From positions 1 to 46,253 of the IMG/VR virus record IMGVR_UViG_3300011423_000004: a DNA stretch of 46,253 nucleotides; one strand, given 5' to 3'. The notes beneath the pieces are model-generated. The model had not been told where the DNA came from. It searched no databases and saw only the letters and a program-made list of their open reading frames with translations. Every line of letters starts with the position of its first letter. Position 1 is the first letter of the stretch. The position numbers were made by a program, and so were the translations under genes. Positions 1-9,739 of this stretch are shown piece after piece. This DNA is from a virus (taxonomy: Duplodnaviria; Caudoviricetes).

Positions 1-123
1 CTTCCTGCCATGTAGCAGGTTCATCTCTATTGTCTGAATACGCGTATGTACGTGATCTCTTGAAAAGATACAGAATATCACGGAATTCCTGCACATTAGT
101 GAGTGGATTACCATCTAATGGTA
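1..123. repeat. 123-bp exact direct terminal repeat (copy 1); most likely circular-assembly overlap
   Basis: 1-123 is identical to 46131-46253; it lies inside an open reading frame that continues across the junction. Confidence 0.95.
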
Positions 124-1609
124 CAATAATCAGCCCATCTACCTTTGAGATAGCCTCTGGCTCACCCGGCATACTGACTCTAGCCACCGAACGATTATCA
201 GGTTTCGTCGTATCAGGTGTTCCATCTTCCTTTTCAGGATAAGAACCCTCTCCAACCAACACTAATCTACTATGGTAGGTATTGAGTGCGACTCCGGCAG
301 GGATTTCACTGTAATTATCGATTAGATGGGATGCATCAGCCACTAGATCTGAATCATAGTAACTGACATTCATCTGCGTGTCAGTCATATTAGGCAACGT
401 GCCTTTTGGAATGAAGAAGAATTGATATCCCTTCTGATCTCCATTATATTCTGGAATTGCTTTAGTTGAGACTAGATGCCGCTTGACTACATTAACATTT
501 GTAGGAGGTATCGGAACAGGGATATTCGCTACCTGAACTCCTTTAGATGAGTCAATATAAGTGTTTCCACCAAAGAACTGTGGCCCCGGTGCAGTTAAAT
601 AGCCTGAATCAGTCTCAAAGACTACACCAACTAGATGGAATCCAAGATCACAGAATCCCGGTACGTTATTTGAAAGCACTAATCCATCGTTAGTAAGGGG
701 AGATCCAACATTCACCGCCGTAGTAGTAGTTAATTGAGCATCTGTCTTATCAATAGTTAAATCTCTAGTAACAAGATCAGTTCCAAAATCATGCACTAAA
801 AAGAATCCAGGAAATGCAGGATCTACAACAGACATTACTACCTGTCTACTAACAGTTCCAGCAGGACCGATAGGAATACCAGTTAATTTAACTTTCTTAT
901 CCCCCGGTGCAACTAGTATTGTAGAAAATACAGGTCCATGTCCGACTGTAATCCCACCTGTAAAAGTACCAGTAAATACAGTAAGAAAAACATGCTGTCC
1001 AGCAGTTACGGTTCCTGTTGCTCCATCATTGTACGCAATCATTGGCTTTATGCCATTGGCAACACTTGGAGACACACCATTATATGGAGGTGCCCCCGCT
1101 GCTTTACGCGCAGGCGTAATAGCTTTCCCATCATACACGTAGAGGAATTGATTCGGCAGTCCAATCTCGTAATTGATTCCCTGTTTATCTGGTAATGAAT
1201 GGAATGGAGTGATGTATGCGCGACCATTAATAGCCACGAATCCAAAGTCCGTCATCCCAGCAAGTGATAAGACTTGGAAGGGAATTGCAGCAGCAGCTTT
1301 ACTAGTAATATGATGAATAGTTCCTGTAGTACCTCCCGGCCCACCAGCAATAGTCAATACAAGTAGTGTTGGACCTCCAGTAGATCCCGGACCAACAGTT
1401 ACATAGTCATAAACTCGATAAATATTGTTTAAGGCAACATCAGTATGATACTTATCCAATGGATCACGAGTCTCTACACCCGAATCAAAGAATTGAACAT
1501 TGGTAGCTTCAATGAAATGATCCGCGGGAACTGATTCAGGATCTCCACGATCCCACAGTCCACCGAATTCTTCAATGATAAATGCTTCGTGATCTCGCAT
1601 TCCTGGCAT
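1..1609 (-). CDS. Tail nozzle / tail tubular protein B-like (P22 gp10/T7 gp12 position), N-terminal part; continues at 46130 down to 45592, about 715 aa total
   Basis: Not in ORF track because it runs off the edge. Hand translation from ATG 1609 (MPGMRDHEAFIIEEFGGLWDRGDPESVP...) is stop-free and in frame with 45592..46224. Beta-rich; lies after the adaptor gene. Confidence 0.75.
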   Translation of the reverse strand, partial: MPGMRDHEAFIIEEFGGLWDRGDPESVPADHFIEATNVQFFDSGVETRDPLDKYHTDVALNNIYRVYDYVTVGPGSTGGPTLLVLTIAGGPGGTTGTIHHITSKAAAAIPFQVLSLAGMTDFGFVAINGRAYITPFHSLPDKQGINYEIGLPNQFLYVYDGKAITPARKAAGAPPYNGVSPSVANGIKPMIAYNDGATGTVTAGQHVFLTVFTGTFTGGITVGHGPVFSTILVAPGDKKVKLTGIPIGPAGTVSRQVVMSVVDPAFPGFFLVHDFGTDLVTRDLTIDKTDAQLTTTTAVNVGSPLTNDGLVLSNNVPGFCDLGFHLVGVVFETDSGYLTAPGPQFFGGNTYIDSSKGVQVANIPVPIPPTNVNVVKRHLVSTKAIPEYNGDQKGYQFFFIPKGTLPNMTDTQMNVSYYDSDLVADASHLIDNYSEIPAGVALNTYHSRLVLVGEGSYPEKEDGTPDTTKPDNRSVARVSMPGEPEAISKVDGLIIVPLDGNPLTNVQEFRDILYLFKRSRTYAYSDNRDEPATWQE

Positions 1610-1611
1610 GG

Positions 1612-2001
1612 TTAAATCCAGAAGATCGTGACAATTGTAGGTAACGTACCAATCAATACTAATGCTTGAAGTTGGCCCATCGCTAAAAATGTGGGACTAG
1701 TTGGATGTAATATAATCCCATAGGCAGAATTAGGATCGATCAGTTCGGGTGATGCGTAAGAAAGTATGATTTGATTTACATTAGTAGCAGCAGGTACAAT
1801 TAGAATACCCTTCAGTTCAAATCCAAGTAAAGGTCCAGCGGAAACTGCATCAGGAGGAACGATTGTATTTCTACCAATCTGAAGTTCGTGGGTAGTCACA
1901 CACATAGCAGACTTCACATTCGGAGTCATGCTATGAAGTTGATTCAGTACCACATCTCCCACAGAGGAGAGATGGATTTGAACGAAAGAAGTGGATGGCA
2001 T
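1612..2001 (-). CDS. Hypothetical virion protein
   Basis: 129 aa ORF tightly packed in the late operon. Confidence 0.6.
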   Translation of the reverse strand: MPSTSFVQIHLSSVGDVVLNQLHSMTPNVKSAMCVTTHELQIGRNTIVPPDAVSAGPLLGFELKGILIVPAATNVNQIILSYASPELIDPNSAYGIILHPTSPTFLAMGQLQALVLIGTLPTIVTIFWI

Positions 2002-2002
2002 G

Positions 2003-2674
2003 TTATCGTCCTCTCGTCTTATAACTGTACCTGAATGGACGATGACGTGTCATCATCTGTTGCTTGCCCTTATTACTGATTGCAACTACTCTTTCCAGAG
2101 CCTTATCAGCAAGATCATTTAATACTTCAGCACGAGTTTCATTCTCTGCAATGAACATGGCACAGAGAGCAGCAGATTTGTAAATGATAAACATTTCAGC
2201 ATTGTTATTGAAGTACAGATTATCATCCGAATCCGCTCCAGAGAATGGTCTACGGATGTAATGCAAACGAACTTCCATGTCTACATTAGCACCCCTCATA
2301 TTGAACATTACTTGTTCACTCTTGTAACACCATGATACGAGTGAGTTAGTTGGAGGAAAATCGTCAGGGAATTCCTTCCGAGTTAATAGAAGGAATTGAC
2401 CATCAGATCCCTGCTGACGCTCACGTAATTCCTGAATTTCAATCAAATCTACTGGATAATCCGTAAGATATGGACTACCAGCCTTAACTATATAGACTTT
2501 AGAAGTTTCATTAGTGAGTGCAATATTATATTCCATCAGCACTTGATCCAGTTCACCCAGAGCAAGTGCCATCATGGGCCATACAGTAGCCGTAGTGTAT
2601 TCAGTTTGAGCATAGTCATTCATTAGTGCAGCAACTTCCTGCACTAGAATGTTCCTATTTGTAGTTAATGCCAT
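2003..2674 (-). CDS. Head-tail adaptor / tail tubular protein A-like
   Basis: 223 aa; helical N- and C-termini around a beta insert (YP.D..., V.LHY); position between capsid and nozzle genes. Confidence 0.55.
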   Translation of the reverse strand: MALTTNRNILVQEVAALMNDYAQTEYTTATVWPMMALALGELDQVLMEYNIALTNETSKVYIVKAGSPYLTDYPVDLIEIQELRERQQGSDGQFLLLTRKEFPDDFPPTNSLVSWCYKSEQVMFNMRGANVDMEVRLHYIRRPFSGADSDDNLYFNNNAEMFIIYKSAALCAMFIAENETRAEVLNDLADKALERVVAISNKGKQQMMTRHRPFRYSYKTRGR

Positions 2675-2683
2675 GCTACCACC

Positions 2684-2914
2684 CTACGAAATTACCCAAG
2701 CAGAATTACCAGCCGTAATCGTGCAGGTGATTGTCGTGACACCAGTCAGATCGAATTCCTTGATATTATCTCCGGCTCCAGTGGCTACCTGAATCTGGAC
2801 TGCTGGAGCATCAAAATCAAATACAATATTCTTTACGTCACGAATGACTAGAGCTGTAGCCTGAACATTCGGACCCGTCTTTGCCGTTACTGTAGCTTGA
2901 TGTGTTCCGGGCAT
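2684..2914 (-). CDS. Small beta-rich hypothetical virion protein
   Basis: 76 aa, T/V/A-rich, RBS (AGGA) upstream, operon context. Confidence 0.6.
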   Translation of the reverse strand: MPGTHQATVTAKTGPNVQATALVIRDVKNIVFDFDAPAVQIQVATGAGDNIKEFDLTGVTTITCTITAGNSAWVIS

Positions 2915-2930
2915 CTTGTCCTACTTTCTT

Positions 2931-3626
2931 TTACTGAGCAAATGTGAGATTCAACTTCTTTGCGAGTTCTGGATCCGCGATAGCCTTACATGTCTGACAG
3001 ATGGGAAATTGACCATTTCTGAGTGCGCCACACGCGACACAACGGATTAATTCCGCTGCTTGTATGTCACCTAACCACGGTTTCTGCGTGATATTCAGTT
3101 GTTTACACGCAAGTCGTGCGTCATCACTGATAGAGAGTGGATTTCCATTCGACCGACTCCACATAACATCAGAAATTCGAATAATTTCCATGAACCATTT
3201 CTTCTGTTTAGCCTGAGCATCCACCAACAGAGGCATATGGTTCTTTTTCAGTCCATCTTCAGTGTGTTCGCCGGGAATATAAAAGATGCCCGGCTTCTGA
3301 TCACCCGCATTGCTAGCAAGCAGACAATTACAGTAGTCATTGACGATAGAATCAGCAACTTGGATGGAACTGACGGGGATTTCCAATAACGGTTGATGTT
3401 CATCGATTTCCTTCCACCAACTACTGGTGCCAACTACAAGAATTGACGGTTTTTCAAATGATCCCGGAGGAATTTCAAAGAATCCGGGTGTAATCGTTGC
3501 CTTACTCTCCCGAACCCACTTTGGAAAGATACTCACTACAGTACACTTGTCCATTGGATTGACGGGAGCGCGTAGAGTCCGACGATTAATTTGACTAATA
3601 CCTGGAAATTCACCTACGATACTCAT
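2931..3626 (-). CDS. Hypothetical protein with C-terminal zinc ribbon
   Basis: 231 aa; CVAC-x10-CQTC. Confidence 0.65.
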   Translation of the reverse strand: MSIVGEFPGISQINRRTLRAPVNPMDKCTVVSIFPKWVRESKATITPGFFEIPPGSFEKPSILVVGTSSWWKEIDEHQPLLEIPVSSIQVADSIVNDYCNCLLASNAGDQKPGIFYIPGEHTEDGLKKNHMPLLVDAQAKQKKWFMEIIRISDVMWSRSNGNPLSISDDARLACKQLNITQKPWLGDIQAAELIRCVACGALRNGQFPICQTCKAIADPELAKKLNLTFAQ

Positions 3627-3628
3627 AT

Positions 3629-4165
3629 TTATTCCTTAGTGTAATTTGGGGGAACTACAATACCCTGCTTGTAACGTAGAGCATCGCCTACATTTGTCTC
3701 ATCACCGAATAATTCCCCTTGTAATTCGGTAATCCTCTGTTCCTTACCTTCTGGAGTCGTATTCTTCTCTGAATCTACGTATTTTCTCAGAGAGGCTTTA
3801 CCCAAAGCTGCAAAAAGCGTATCCACAACAAACTTAGTAGCAGCCCATATAGGAGGTAATGCGTTCTGGTCCCCATCACAGTATGACCAAATCGGTTCGT
3901 AACTGATTTTAACTGCTGGGAGTTCATGTTGACTAATCTCGGGAACTGCTACCAGCCGTTCCAACACATACATTTCTTTCATGTACGGATATTTCTTAAC
4001 TTCACGCACCTCTGCATGAAGGAGCTGAATTCCACCAACCATGTCCACCAGCCGCATCTCAGTCTCATCTGGTGCCCACACGATTCTAAAGGACGGTTGT
4101 CCTGTTACTACGTCAGTTCCGTAGTAATTAATGAGTCGCTGATTCAATGATTCTATGGATTCCAT
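3629..4165 (-). CDS. Hypothetical protein (late operon)
   Basis: 178 aa ORF, operon context. Confidence 0.65.
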   Translation of the reverse strand: MESIESLNQRLINYYGTDVVTGQPSFRIVWAPDETEMRLVDMVGGIQLLHAEVREVKKYPYMKEMYVLERLVAVPEISQHELPAVKISYEPIWSYCDGDQNALPPIWAATKFVVDTLFAALGKASLRKYVDSEKNTTPEGKEQRITELQGELFGDETNVGDALRYKQGIVVPPNYTKE

Positions 4166-4172
4166 GTGTTGA

Positions 4173-4193
4173 GTGGGGGTTATTAGCCCCCAC
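4173..4193 (-). terminator. GC-rich hairpin after the decoration-gene pair (terminator/processing-like, no clear U-tract)
   Basis: GTGGGGG...CCCCCAC inverted repeat in the 4166-4202 intergenic gap. Confidence 0.35.
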
Positions 4194-4202
4194 CCCCCAA
4201 GT

Positions 4203-4493
4203 CTAGACGCCCGACTCGATAATCCACTTACCGAGTGATTTCACAAAGATCAGCATCAGTGCTCTATTCTGAGCAGCCGCAAGGCCAACCAGAATATTAC
4301 CTGATGTTCCCAATGTGATAGCACCAGCAGTGGGTACTAGAATCACAAATCCACTAAATCCTCCACCGAATGATGGAACGATGTTATTGATTTGTGTAGA
4401 GCCAGTCACCAGCACAATATCAGTCTTAGGACTGATTGTAGCTGCCGAAGCTAATGTACTTTCACTTAACTTACTTGTAAGACCTGGAATCAC
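4203..4493 (-). CDS. Putative capsid decoration protein (paralog 2)
   Basis: 96 aa, GTG start with GGAGG RBS; visibly similar to 4594..4893. Confidence 0.55.
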   Translation of the reverse strand: MIPGLTSKLSESTLASAATISPKTDIVLVTGSTQINNIVPSFGGGFSGFVILVPTAGAITLGTSGNILVGLAAAQNRALMLIFVKSLGKWIIESGV

Positions 4494-4521
4494 GTTCCAC
4501 CTCCATCCACCATGAGAATGA

Positions 4522-4591
4522 CGGTAGGTAGGGGCTGAAGCATATCACACGCGGGGCGCGTGAGTCCCAACTTTCAACCCCTACCTGACCG
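4522..4591 (-). ncRNA. Long intergenic stem-loop RNA element
   Basis: 14-bp stem 4526-4539/4573-4586 (one G-U pair on the minus-strand transcript) plus inner CACGCG/CGCGTG stem. Confidence 0.45.
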
Positions 4592-4593
4592 AA

Positions 4594-4893
4594 TTAGCCC
4601 ACTGGAACGTACTTCGCAGTAGACGGATTATAGACCAGTAACATAACCTCACCAACCACACTAGCTTTAGTAGTGGCGATGTTGTTACCAGCAGTGATGC
4701 CAGCAGTTCCAGCGAACTGAATTGCCAGCATGTGTGCGTGCGTAACAGGAGGAGTAATGGCAGTAATTGCCACGTTTCCTGTTAACACAGTGAGAAAACT
4801 AACAGGTACAATCGTACCAGCAGCCGCGATGGTCTGTGGTGCAACTGCATTCACAGGATTCAGCGCCGCCCAATCGGATGCAACAATAGGCAT
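4594..4893 (-). CDS. Putative capsid decoration protein (paralog 1)
   Basis: 99 aa A/T/V-rich, directly downstream of the major capsid gene. Confidence 0.55.
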   Translation of the reverse strand: MPIVASDWAALNPVNAVAPQTIAAAGTIVPVSFLTVLTGNVAITAITPPVTHAHMLAIQFAGTAGITAGNNIATTKASVVGEVMLLVYNPSTAKYVPVG

Positions 4894-4901
4894 GTTATCT
4901 C

Positions 4902-6158
4902 CTAGTATCCGACTGGAATAGCGAGGTTATTGATGTAGCTGCATGCAGCAGGATTACTCACGTAAGTCTGCATACCCACAACCATGTAGAAGATTTCCGC
5001 AGCCGCCACACCACCAGACGGTCCACGAATTTCGAAGATATTCCTTCCATCAGTCTTGTAGAATCCGATGGGAAGAATCTCTGCACGACCCCACACCTCA
5101 TCGACCACGAAGTCAATGCGTGTCTTATCCCAGTTATAAGAAACTGTGATAGGAGCACCAGCCAACTGCATGTTGGAACCACCGAAGTACATATTCAGTG
5201 CTTCCTCTTTAGCAGCCTTCTGAATAATGGACACTAACTGTCCAATTTCTTCATAAGCCTGCTGCTGGCAGGGATGTGTCCACGCCTTCGGGCTGAAATT
5301 GTTATCAATTCCAACACGATCCCCAATTTTATTGATTGCGAGACGTGGAAGTGGGAGAGTCAGTGCAGCACCACCTGCATCAACACGATTAGCACGAACT
5401 TCTGGAGTGGTTGAGCGCGCAAATCCAAGCCACGTACCAGCAGATGCGTTATCATGGTGATAAGGCACACCGAACAGACCAGGGAGTGACAGAGGAGCTG
5501 AAAGACCCATAGTAACGATCTTATCACCACCACCGCCAGCAGTGCCAGCAACCTGTGGAGTCAATTCGATGAGTTTATTTGCAGTATCATGCTTAGTAAC
5601 AGTAGCCACACCAAGCAGTGTAGTTAATGCATTGTTATAGACCTGAACGGTCTGACCATAACGAATCAGACGCGCACCGAAGTCAGTGGTCATAACCATT
5701 ACATTGACGCCACCAGCAGGTGTGTCAGAAAGAGTGGTACCGATTACACCACTACCATTCTGCATCATCTGAGCGTCTAACTGCCGCCGCATTTCATCTA
5801 ATGCAGTCGCAGTCAGACGACGGACCGAATTGACGATAGCCTTACGCGCATCGTCAGTAGCCCACTGTGTCAGTTTGGTGTACTCAATGTTTTCACTCAG
5901 GAAAACACAGTTGAGTACAGCCTTATCATACGTAGGACCACCACCACGACCCAGATCGCCACCGTCTGGATTGAAGTACTGGAATGAGCCACCGGGCCTC
6001 AATTCAAGAGGAACCCGCATCTGCCTGTGAGAGATCTTTTCAACTTCACGCTTCTTAATGCTAGCGTAGAACTTGTCATCCCTCTCAAACAGTACACGCA
6101 CTTTTGGAATGACTTTCTCCAATTCAAGTGCGGCTACCTGAGATTCAACAACAGCCAT
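4902..6158 (-). CDS. Major capsid protein (HK97 fold expected)
   Basis: 418 aa; follows portal and scaffold; C-terminal NPAACSYINNLAIP pattern typical of phage capsids. Confidence 0.8.
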   Translation of the reverse strand: MAVVESQVAALELEKVIPKVRVLFERDDKFYASIKKREVEKISHRQMRVPLELRPGGSFQYFNPDGGDLGRGGGPTYDKAVLNCVFLSENIEYTKLTQWATDDARKAIVNSVRRLTATALDEMRRQLDAQMMQNGSGVIGTTLSDTPAGGVNVMVMTTDFGARLIRYGQTVQVYNNALTTLLGVATVTKHDTANKLIELTPQVAGTAGGGGDKIVTMGLSAPLSLPGLFGVPYHHDNASAGTWLGFARSTTPEVRANRVDAGGAALTLPLPRLAINKIGDRVGIDNNFSPKAWTHPCQQQAYEEIGQLVSIIQKAAKEEALNMYFGGSNMQLAGAPITVSYNWDKTRIDFVVDEVWGRAEILPIGFYKTDGRNIFEIRGPSGGVAAAEIFYMVVGMQTYVSNPAACSYINNLAIPVGY

Positions 6159-6168
6159 GATTTACCCT

Positions 6169-7437
6169 CTAGTCTTTCATCAATACATCAAATGTAGACA
6201 TTCCTTTTGGAATATCTGATGCCTTACGAATTTTTCCACTAGAGGGGGCTGTGGATCTGCCAGGTTGAATTGGGCCTTTTTTAGGGGCCAAGTCGATTTC
6301 ATCATCTTCACGAGTATTCCTGCCAAGCCCTTTCAGAGCTTCATTACGGGCCTTTTTAATCACTGTAGGCAACAGTGTCTTAGCTTTTGAAAGGTAGGCT
6401 GCCTTGATTCGGTCAGTAGATTCCTTATCAAAGCGTTTCTCGTATGCTTTTTCCCACAGTCTATCGATTAGACCACGGAATCTACTGTCCTTCGAGATCA
6501 GTGTCTCCAACGTATTAAATGCTTCTTGCTTAGCATGATTACGTACATAGTCTGTCATCGATTTGTTGGGATCGATGTTCTGATCAATTGTACTCTTCAG
6601 CACATTGTCAGCCCGTGACTGCAAATCATCTCTTGTAGACTCGAATTTCTCTCGAAACTGCTGTACTTCATACTGACGTAACTGATTCTCCCTAGATCTG
6701 TCCTCTGGACGGACCTGCTGAGAGAGGGGCTGATGAGGCTGAAAATTCTGTGAACCAAAGATGAATTGGTTCAGAATATTCGCTGCGGCCGTTAAAGGCG
6801 CACCCTGCTCACCTAGATTACGCCCTTCCTTCACCATTGTCAAGATGGTATCCTTAATGACACCACCCAACACATGATAGTAAGCCTGTGGATCTACCTG
6901 TCTGAGCGCGGGCAGATAGTTGTCTGCAATTCTATTGAATGATTCCTGATTATCTTCCTTCGCTGCACGTAGAACAGTAGTAATGTCACCATTCATTACC
7001 TGCTGTTCGACCTGATCCATGATTCTGGATTTTTCAACGGCTACTTTCGCATCTTGAACTGTCGGAAATACTTCCGTAAACTGCTGTTCCCTGTAATACG
7101 CCTTTTCTAGGTATGGGAAGTCCTTAAATAATTTCGGGTACTTCGCTAGAATCTCTTTTCTACGAACAGGAGTAGTGAGTTCGAGGTCTTCTTCTTTCGG
7201 ACCTTCTAATTCTTCTTCGATTTCTTTGAGTTCATCTGTTTCTTCATCATCTTTTTCGTCTTCTTCTGTCCCTTCTTCAGTCTCTTCTTTAGTAGTTTTA
7301 GTATCAAGGTCGAGAATTTCTTCTGGTTCTTCGACATTTAATAGCTCAAATGTACCGTCATCACTTCCACTACCCGAACCAGATCCCGCATCTTCGGGTG
7401 ACATCAATGGAATGAATTTATTGAATAGTTGGCGCAT
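6169..7437 (-). CDS. Scaffolding protein
   Basis: Acidic N-terminus and helical body; lies between portal and capsid; start moved to ATG 7437 (GGGAG RBS). Confidence 0.7.
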   Translation of the reverse strand: MRQLFNKFIPLMSPEDAGSGSGSGSDDGTFELLNVEEPEEILDLDTKTTKEETEEGTEEDEKDDEETDELKEIEEELEGPKEEDLELTTPVRRKEILAKYPKLFKDFPYLEKAYYREQQFTEVFPTVQDAKVAVEKSRIMDQVEQQVMNGDITTVLRAAKEDNQESFNRIADNYLPALRQVDPQAYYHVLGGVIKDTILTMVKEGRNLGEQGAPLTAAANILNQFIFGSQNFQPHQPLSQQVRPEDRSRENQLRQYEVQQFREKFESTRDDLQSRADNVLKSTIDQNIDPNKSMTDYVRNHAKQEAFNTLETLISKDSRFRGLIDRLWEKAYEKRFDKESTDRIKAAYLSKAKTLLPTVIKKARNEALKGLGRNTREDDEIDLAPKKGPIQPGRSTAPSSGKIRKASDIPKGMSTFDVLMKD

Positions 7438-9739
7438 TCTGATCTCCCTGCATTTCTTCTCCCGCATTTTGCGGAGGTTTCTTGGCCGATCCCTCATTCG
7501 GCGGTGGTGGAGGGGCTTGCATCATCATTTCCTGCATCTGTTTCTGCATATCCATGTCCTTGTGCATCTTCATGTGCAGGAGGACATTCTTATATCCCAT
7601 CGGATTCTCTAACTTGCACAGTCTACCTGCATCACTGACTAACCAGCGACGGCAGATATCTCCTTCTAATGCATGATTGTCTACATCGAAGTCCGCTTCA
7701 ATAGACGGCAATTCCATCGGTGGTGGCGGTGGCATTCCTGCCATCATGGCCTGTTCCATCATCATAGGATCAGGTGGCATGACAATCGGCTCACTATTCA
7801 CGAGGAGATGGATTTCCTCGTACTGCTTCTGTCTGTCATCTTCACCTGGGATAATGTAGTCCGTAAGACCGATTGCTTTCTTAATGTACGGAAGATTCTC
7901 TGGAGAAGCCAATGTTGACATGAGTTCTTCATTGTTGATATTGAACAACTCCATGATAGCATCTTTCTGCTGATTCCAAGTGATAGGTAAGTTTTCATTA
8001 GCCTCAAGTTCAATAGAGCCAATCTTGCCTTCAAGCTCAGCACGTCTAATAAATACGTTAACGAAGTTTCCGAATTCATCCTTCTTTACCTGCTTCTCAT
8101 CATCTTTCATTTCTTTGATGTAGAGGGGAATAGCTTTTCCGTAGATGTTTTTCCACCAATGCAGGAGCATCTTCCATGTACTCTGCAACCTTTGCAAAGC
8201 CTGAGCACGACTCATCGAATATTCTGATGCCGTCCTCGACCCTGCCATCTGTCCGCCAAACAGTGAGGGCAAGGCTCCTGAAACAAGCTGCCCGATCTCC
8301 TGTATTTTAGACGCAAAAGGTAGAACTTCCTGAGAAAGTGTAGCAGTTTTAACCTCATAGAAACCTTCAGACAAAGCACGGCCAGATTTGGGTGTAGCAG
8401 GATAGATACCACCGGGAATTACCTCGCTGTTCCGGTAAGCATTGAAATTTAATACCTTTGGGTCAGCGAATGTCTGAGGGATTCCATGCTCCACAGTCTG
8501 AAGTACGAGTGAAATGAGATCGTTAGTAATGTCCTGCACCGAAGTGAGAAGTAAACCAACCGGATCAAAGTGAATATAATCCGAGAGAGGATTATAAGTA
8601 AGAGTCCAGTAATCGTCAAGAGCTTCATTACATGCATGGGCCACGTAGTCATTGACCATTACCACCTTACAACCCGCTGGATACTTCTTTCTCAGTTCTT
8701 TTGCTTCATCTTTGTTCAGAACATTGTAAGAAGAAGGGCGCAGCCAACAATTACGGACAGTAACATTATTAACAGGGTGCTCACCATGATATTGAGGCGA
8801 CGTTCTCCCCCACTGTTCGTAGAGGTCATAATTCGCCTGTCCTTTGACAACCTTATCCCTAAGGTTGGGATATTGTTCGAGGACATTCGCGAAATGCGTC
8901 TCATACGAGTAGATAAGATATGAACATTCAGCTTGATTCCTTGCCCAGACTGGGACTTTGACAAATAATCCGCCATATACTTCCATGCACACGCGAGATT
9001 TAGGATGAGTTGTCTTTCCCACGAGGCGAGTGATGGGAACTGAATTATTCTGTTTGTCTGGGATAACCGTCTGAGCACAATTTGGACAGATGTCCATTTC
9101 CTGTGTGAGATTGTATGGTTCTACATCTTCATCACCAGGCTGGAACTTATCCTCCAATTGCTCAGTAATGACCTCATCGCCCATCTCTGTACCACACAGG
9201 GGGCAGATGGAAATCTGATGCTCTTCGACAGTATTCTCGTACTTACTTTCGGTGTAAGTTCCGTACTTCTCATCTTCTTTTGCATAGGAATAACACGCGG
9301 TCATACCCTCAGTGCAGAAAACGAAGAGTGCATGGAGCCAGAGTAGTGGTGCATCATTATGCTTAAAGATGAGAGCGGCAACCTTATCTCCCGTCTTTGC
9401 AGTAATAACGTCAATTGGATTATCAGCATCGTCAGGATAGCAAGTGATAGGAGGAACAGTAACAGAAAGAGCCGCAATAATCGATTCAAGGTACGCTCGA
9501 TAGACGTTAACTGGTTTGTCGTAGAATCCTTGATCGGAATCTTCTCCGGCCCTCTCGGTTTCGGGTACTCTCCAATCATGTGCAACCTCACTATAGTACG
9601 TGTGTTGGACATTTTCCCAGAGTAATTTCAACCGACGCCATGTCCTGATCTGTCGATCACGGACAGCTCGATCTTCATCATCGAAGTGATCGACAATCTG
9701 CTTGAGTAGCGCCGATACTTCGTCAGTTGGTTCACTCAT
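7418..9739 (-). CDS. Portal protein with inserted zinc ribbon
   Basis: 773 aa; P22-like portal motifs (VNVYRAYLESIIAAL, QDITNDL, SRTASEY); CPLC...CPNC insertion; M/P/Q-rich tail. Confidence 0.85.
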   Translation of the reverse strand: MSEPTDEVSALLKQIVDHFDDEDRAVRDRQIRTWRRLKLLWENVQHTYYSEVAHDWRVPETERAGEDSDQGFYDKPVNVYRAYLESIIAALSVTVPPITCYPDDADNPIDVITAKTGDKVAALIFKHNDAPLLWLHALFVFCTEGMTACYSYAKEDEKYGTYTESKYENTVEEHQISICPLCGTEMGDEVITEQLEDKFQPGDEDVEPYNLTQEMDICPNCAQTVIPDKQNNSVPITRLVGKTTHPKSRVCMEVYGGLFVKVPVWARNQAECSYLIYSYETHFANVLEQYPNLRDKVVKGQANYDLYEQWGRTSPQYHGEHPVNNVTVRNCWLRPSSYNVLNKDEAKELRKKYPAGCKVVMVNDYVAHACNEALDDYWTLTYNPLSDYIHFDPVGLLLTSVQDITNDLISLVLQTVEHGIPQTFADPKVLNFNAYRNSEVIPGGIYPATPKSGRALSEGFYEVKTATLSQEVLPFASKIQEIGQLVSGALPSLFGGQMAGSRTASEYSMSRAQALQRLQSTWKMLLHWWKNIYGKAIPLYIKEMKDDEKQVKKDEFGNFVNVFIRRAELEGKIGSIELEANENLPITWNQQKDAIMELFNINNEELMSTLASPENLPYIKKAIGLTDYIIPGEDDRQKQYEEIHLLVNSEPIVMPPDPMMMEQAMMAGMPPPPPMELPSIEADFDVDNHALEGDICRRWLVSDAGRLCKLENPMGYKNVLLHMKMHKDMDMQKQMQEMMMQAPPPPPNEGSAKKPPQNAGEEMQGDQNAPTIQ

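Noticed and set aside
1-123. Biological direct terminal repeat
   Set aside because: It falls mid-gene with the frame preserved only when one copy is collapsed, which is typical of assembler overlap on a circular contig
4894-4904. Stop-codon reassignment or capsid readthrough
   Set aside because: TAG, TGA and TAA all end genes cleanly with dense standard-code ORFs; the downstream decoration gene is out of frame and has its own RBS
7175-7612. Ser-rich plus-strand ORF
   Set aside because: Antisense shadow of the acidic scaffold N-terminus
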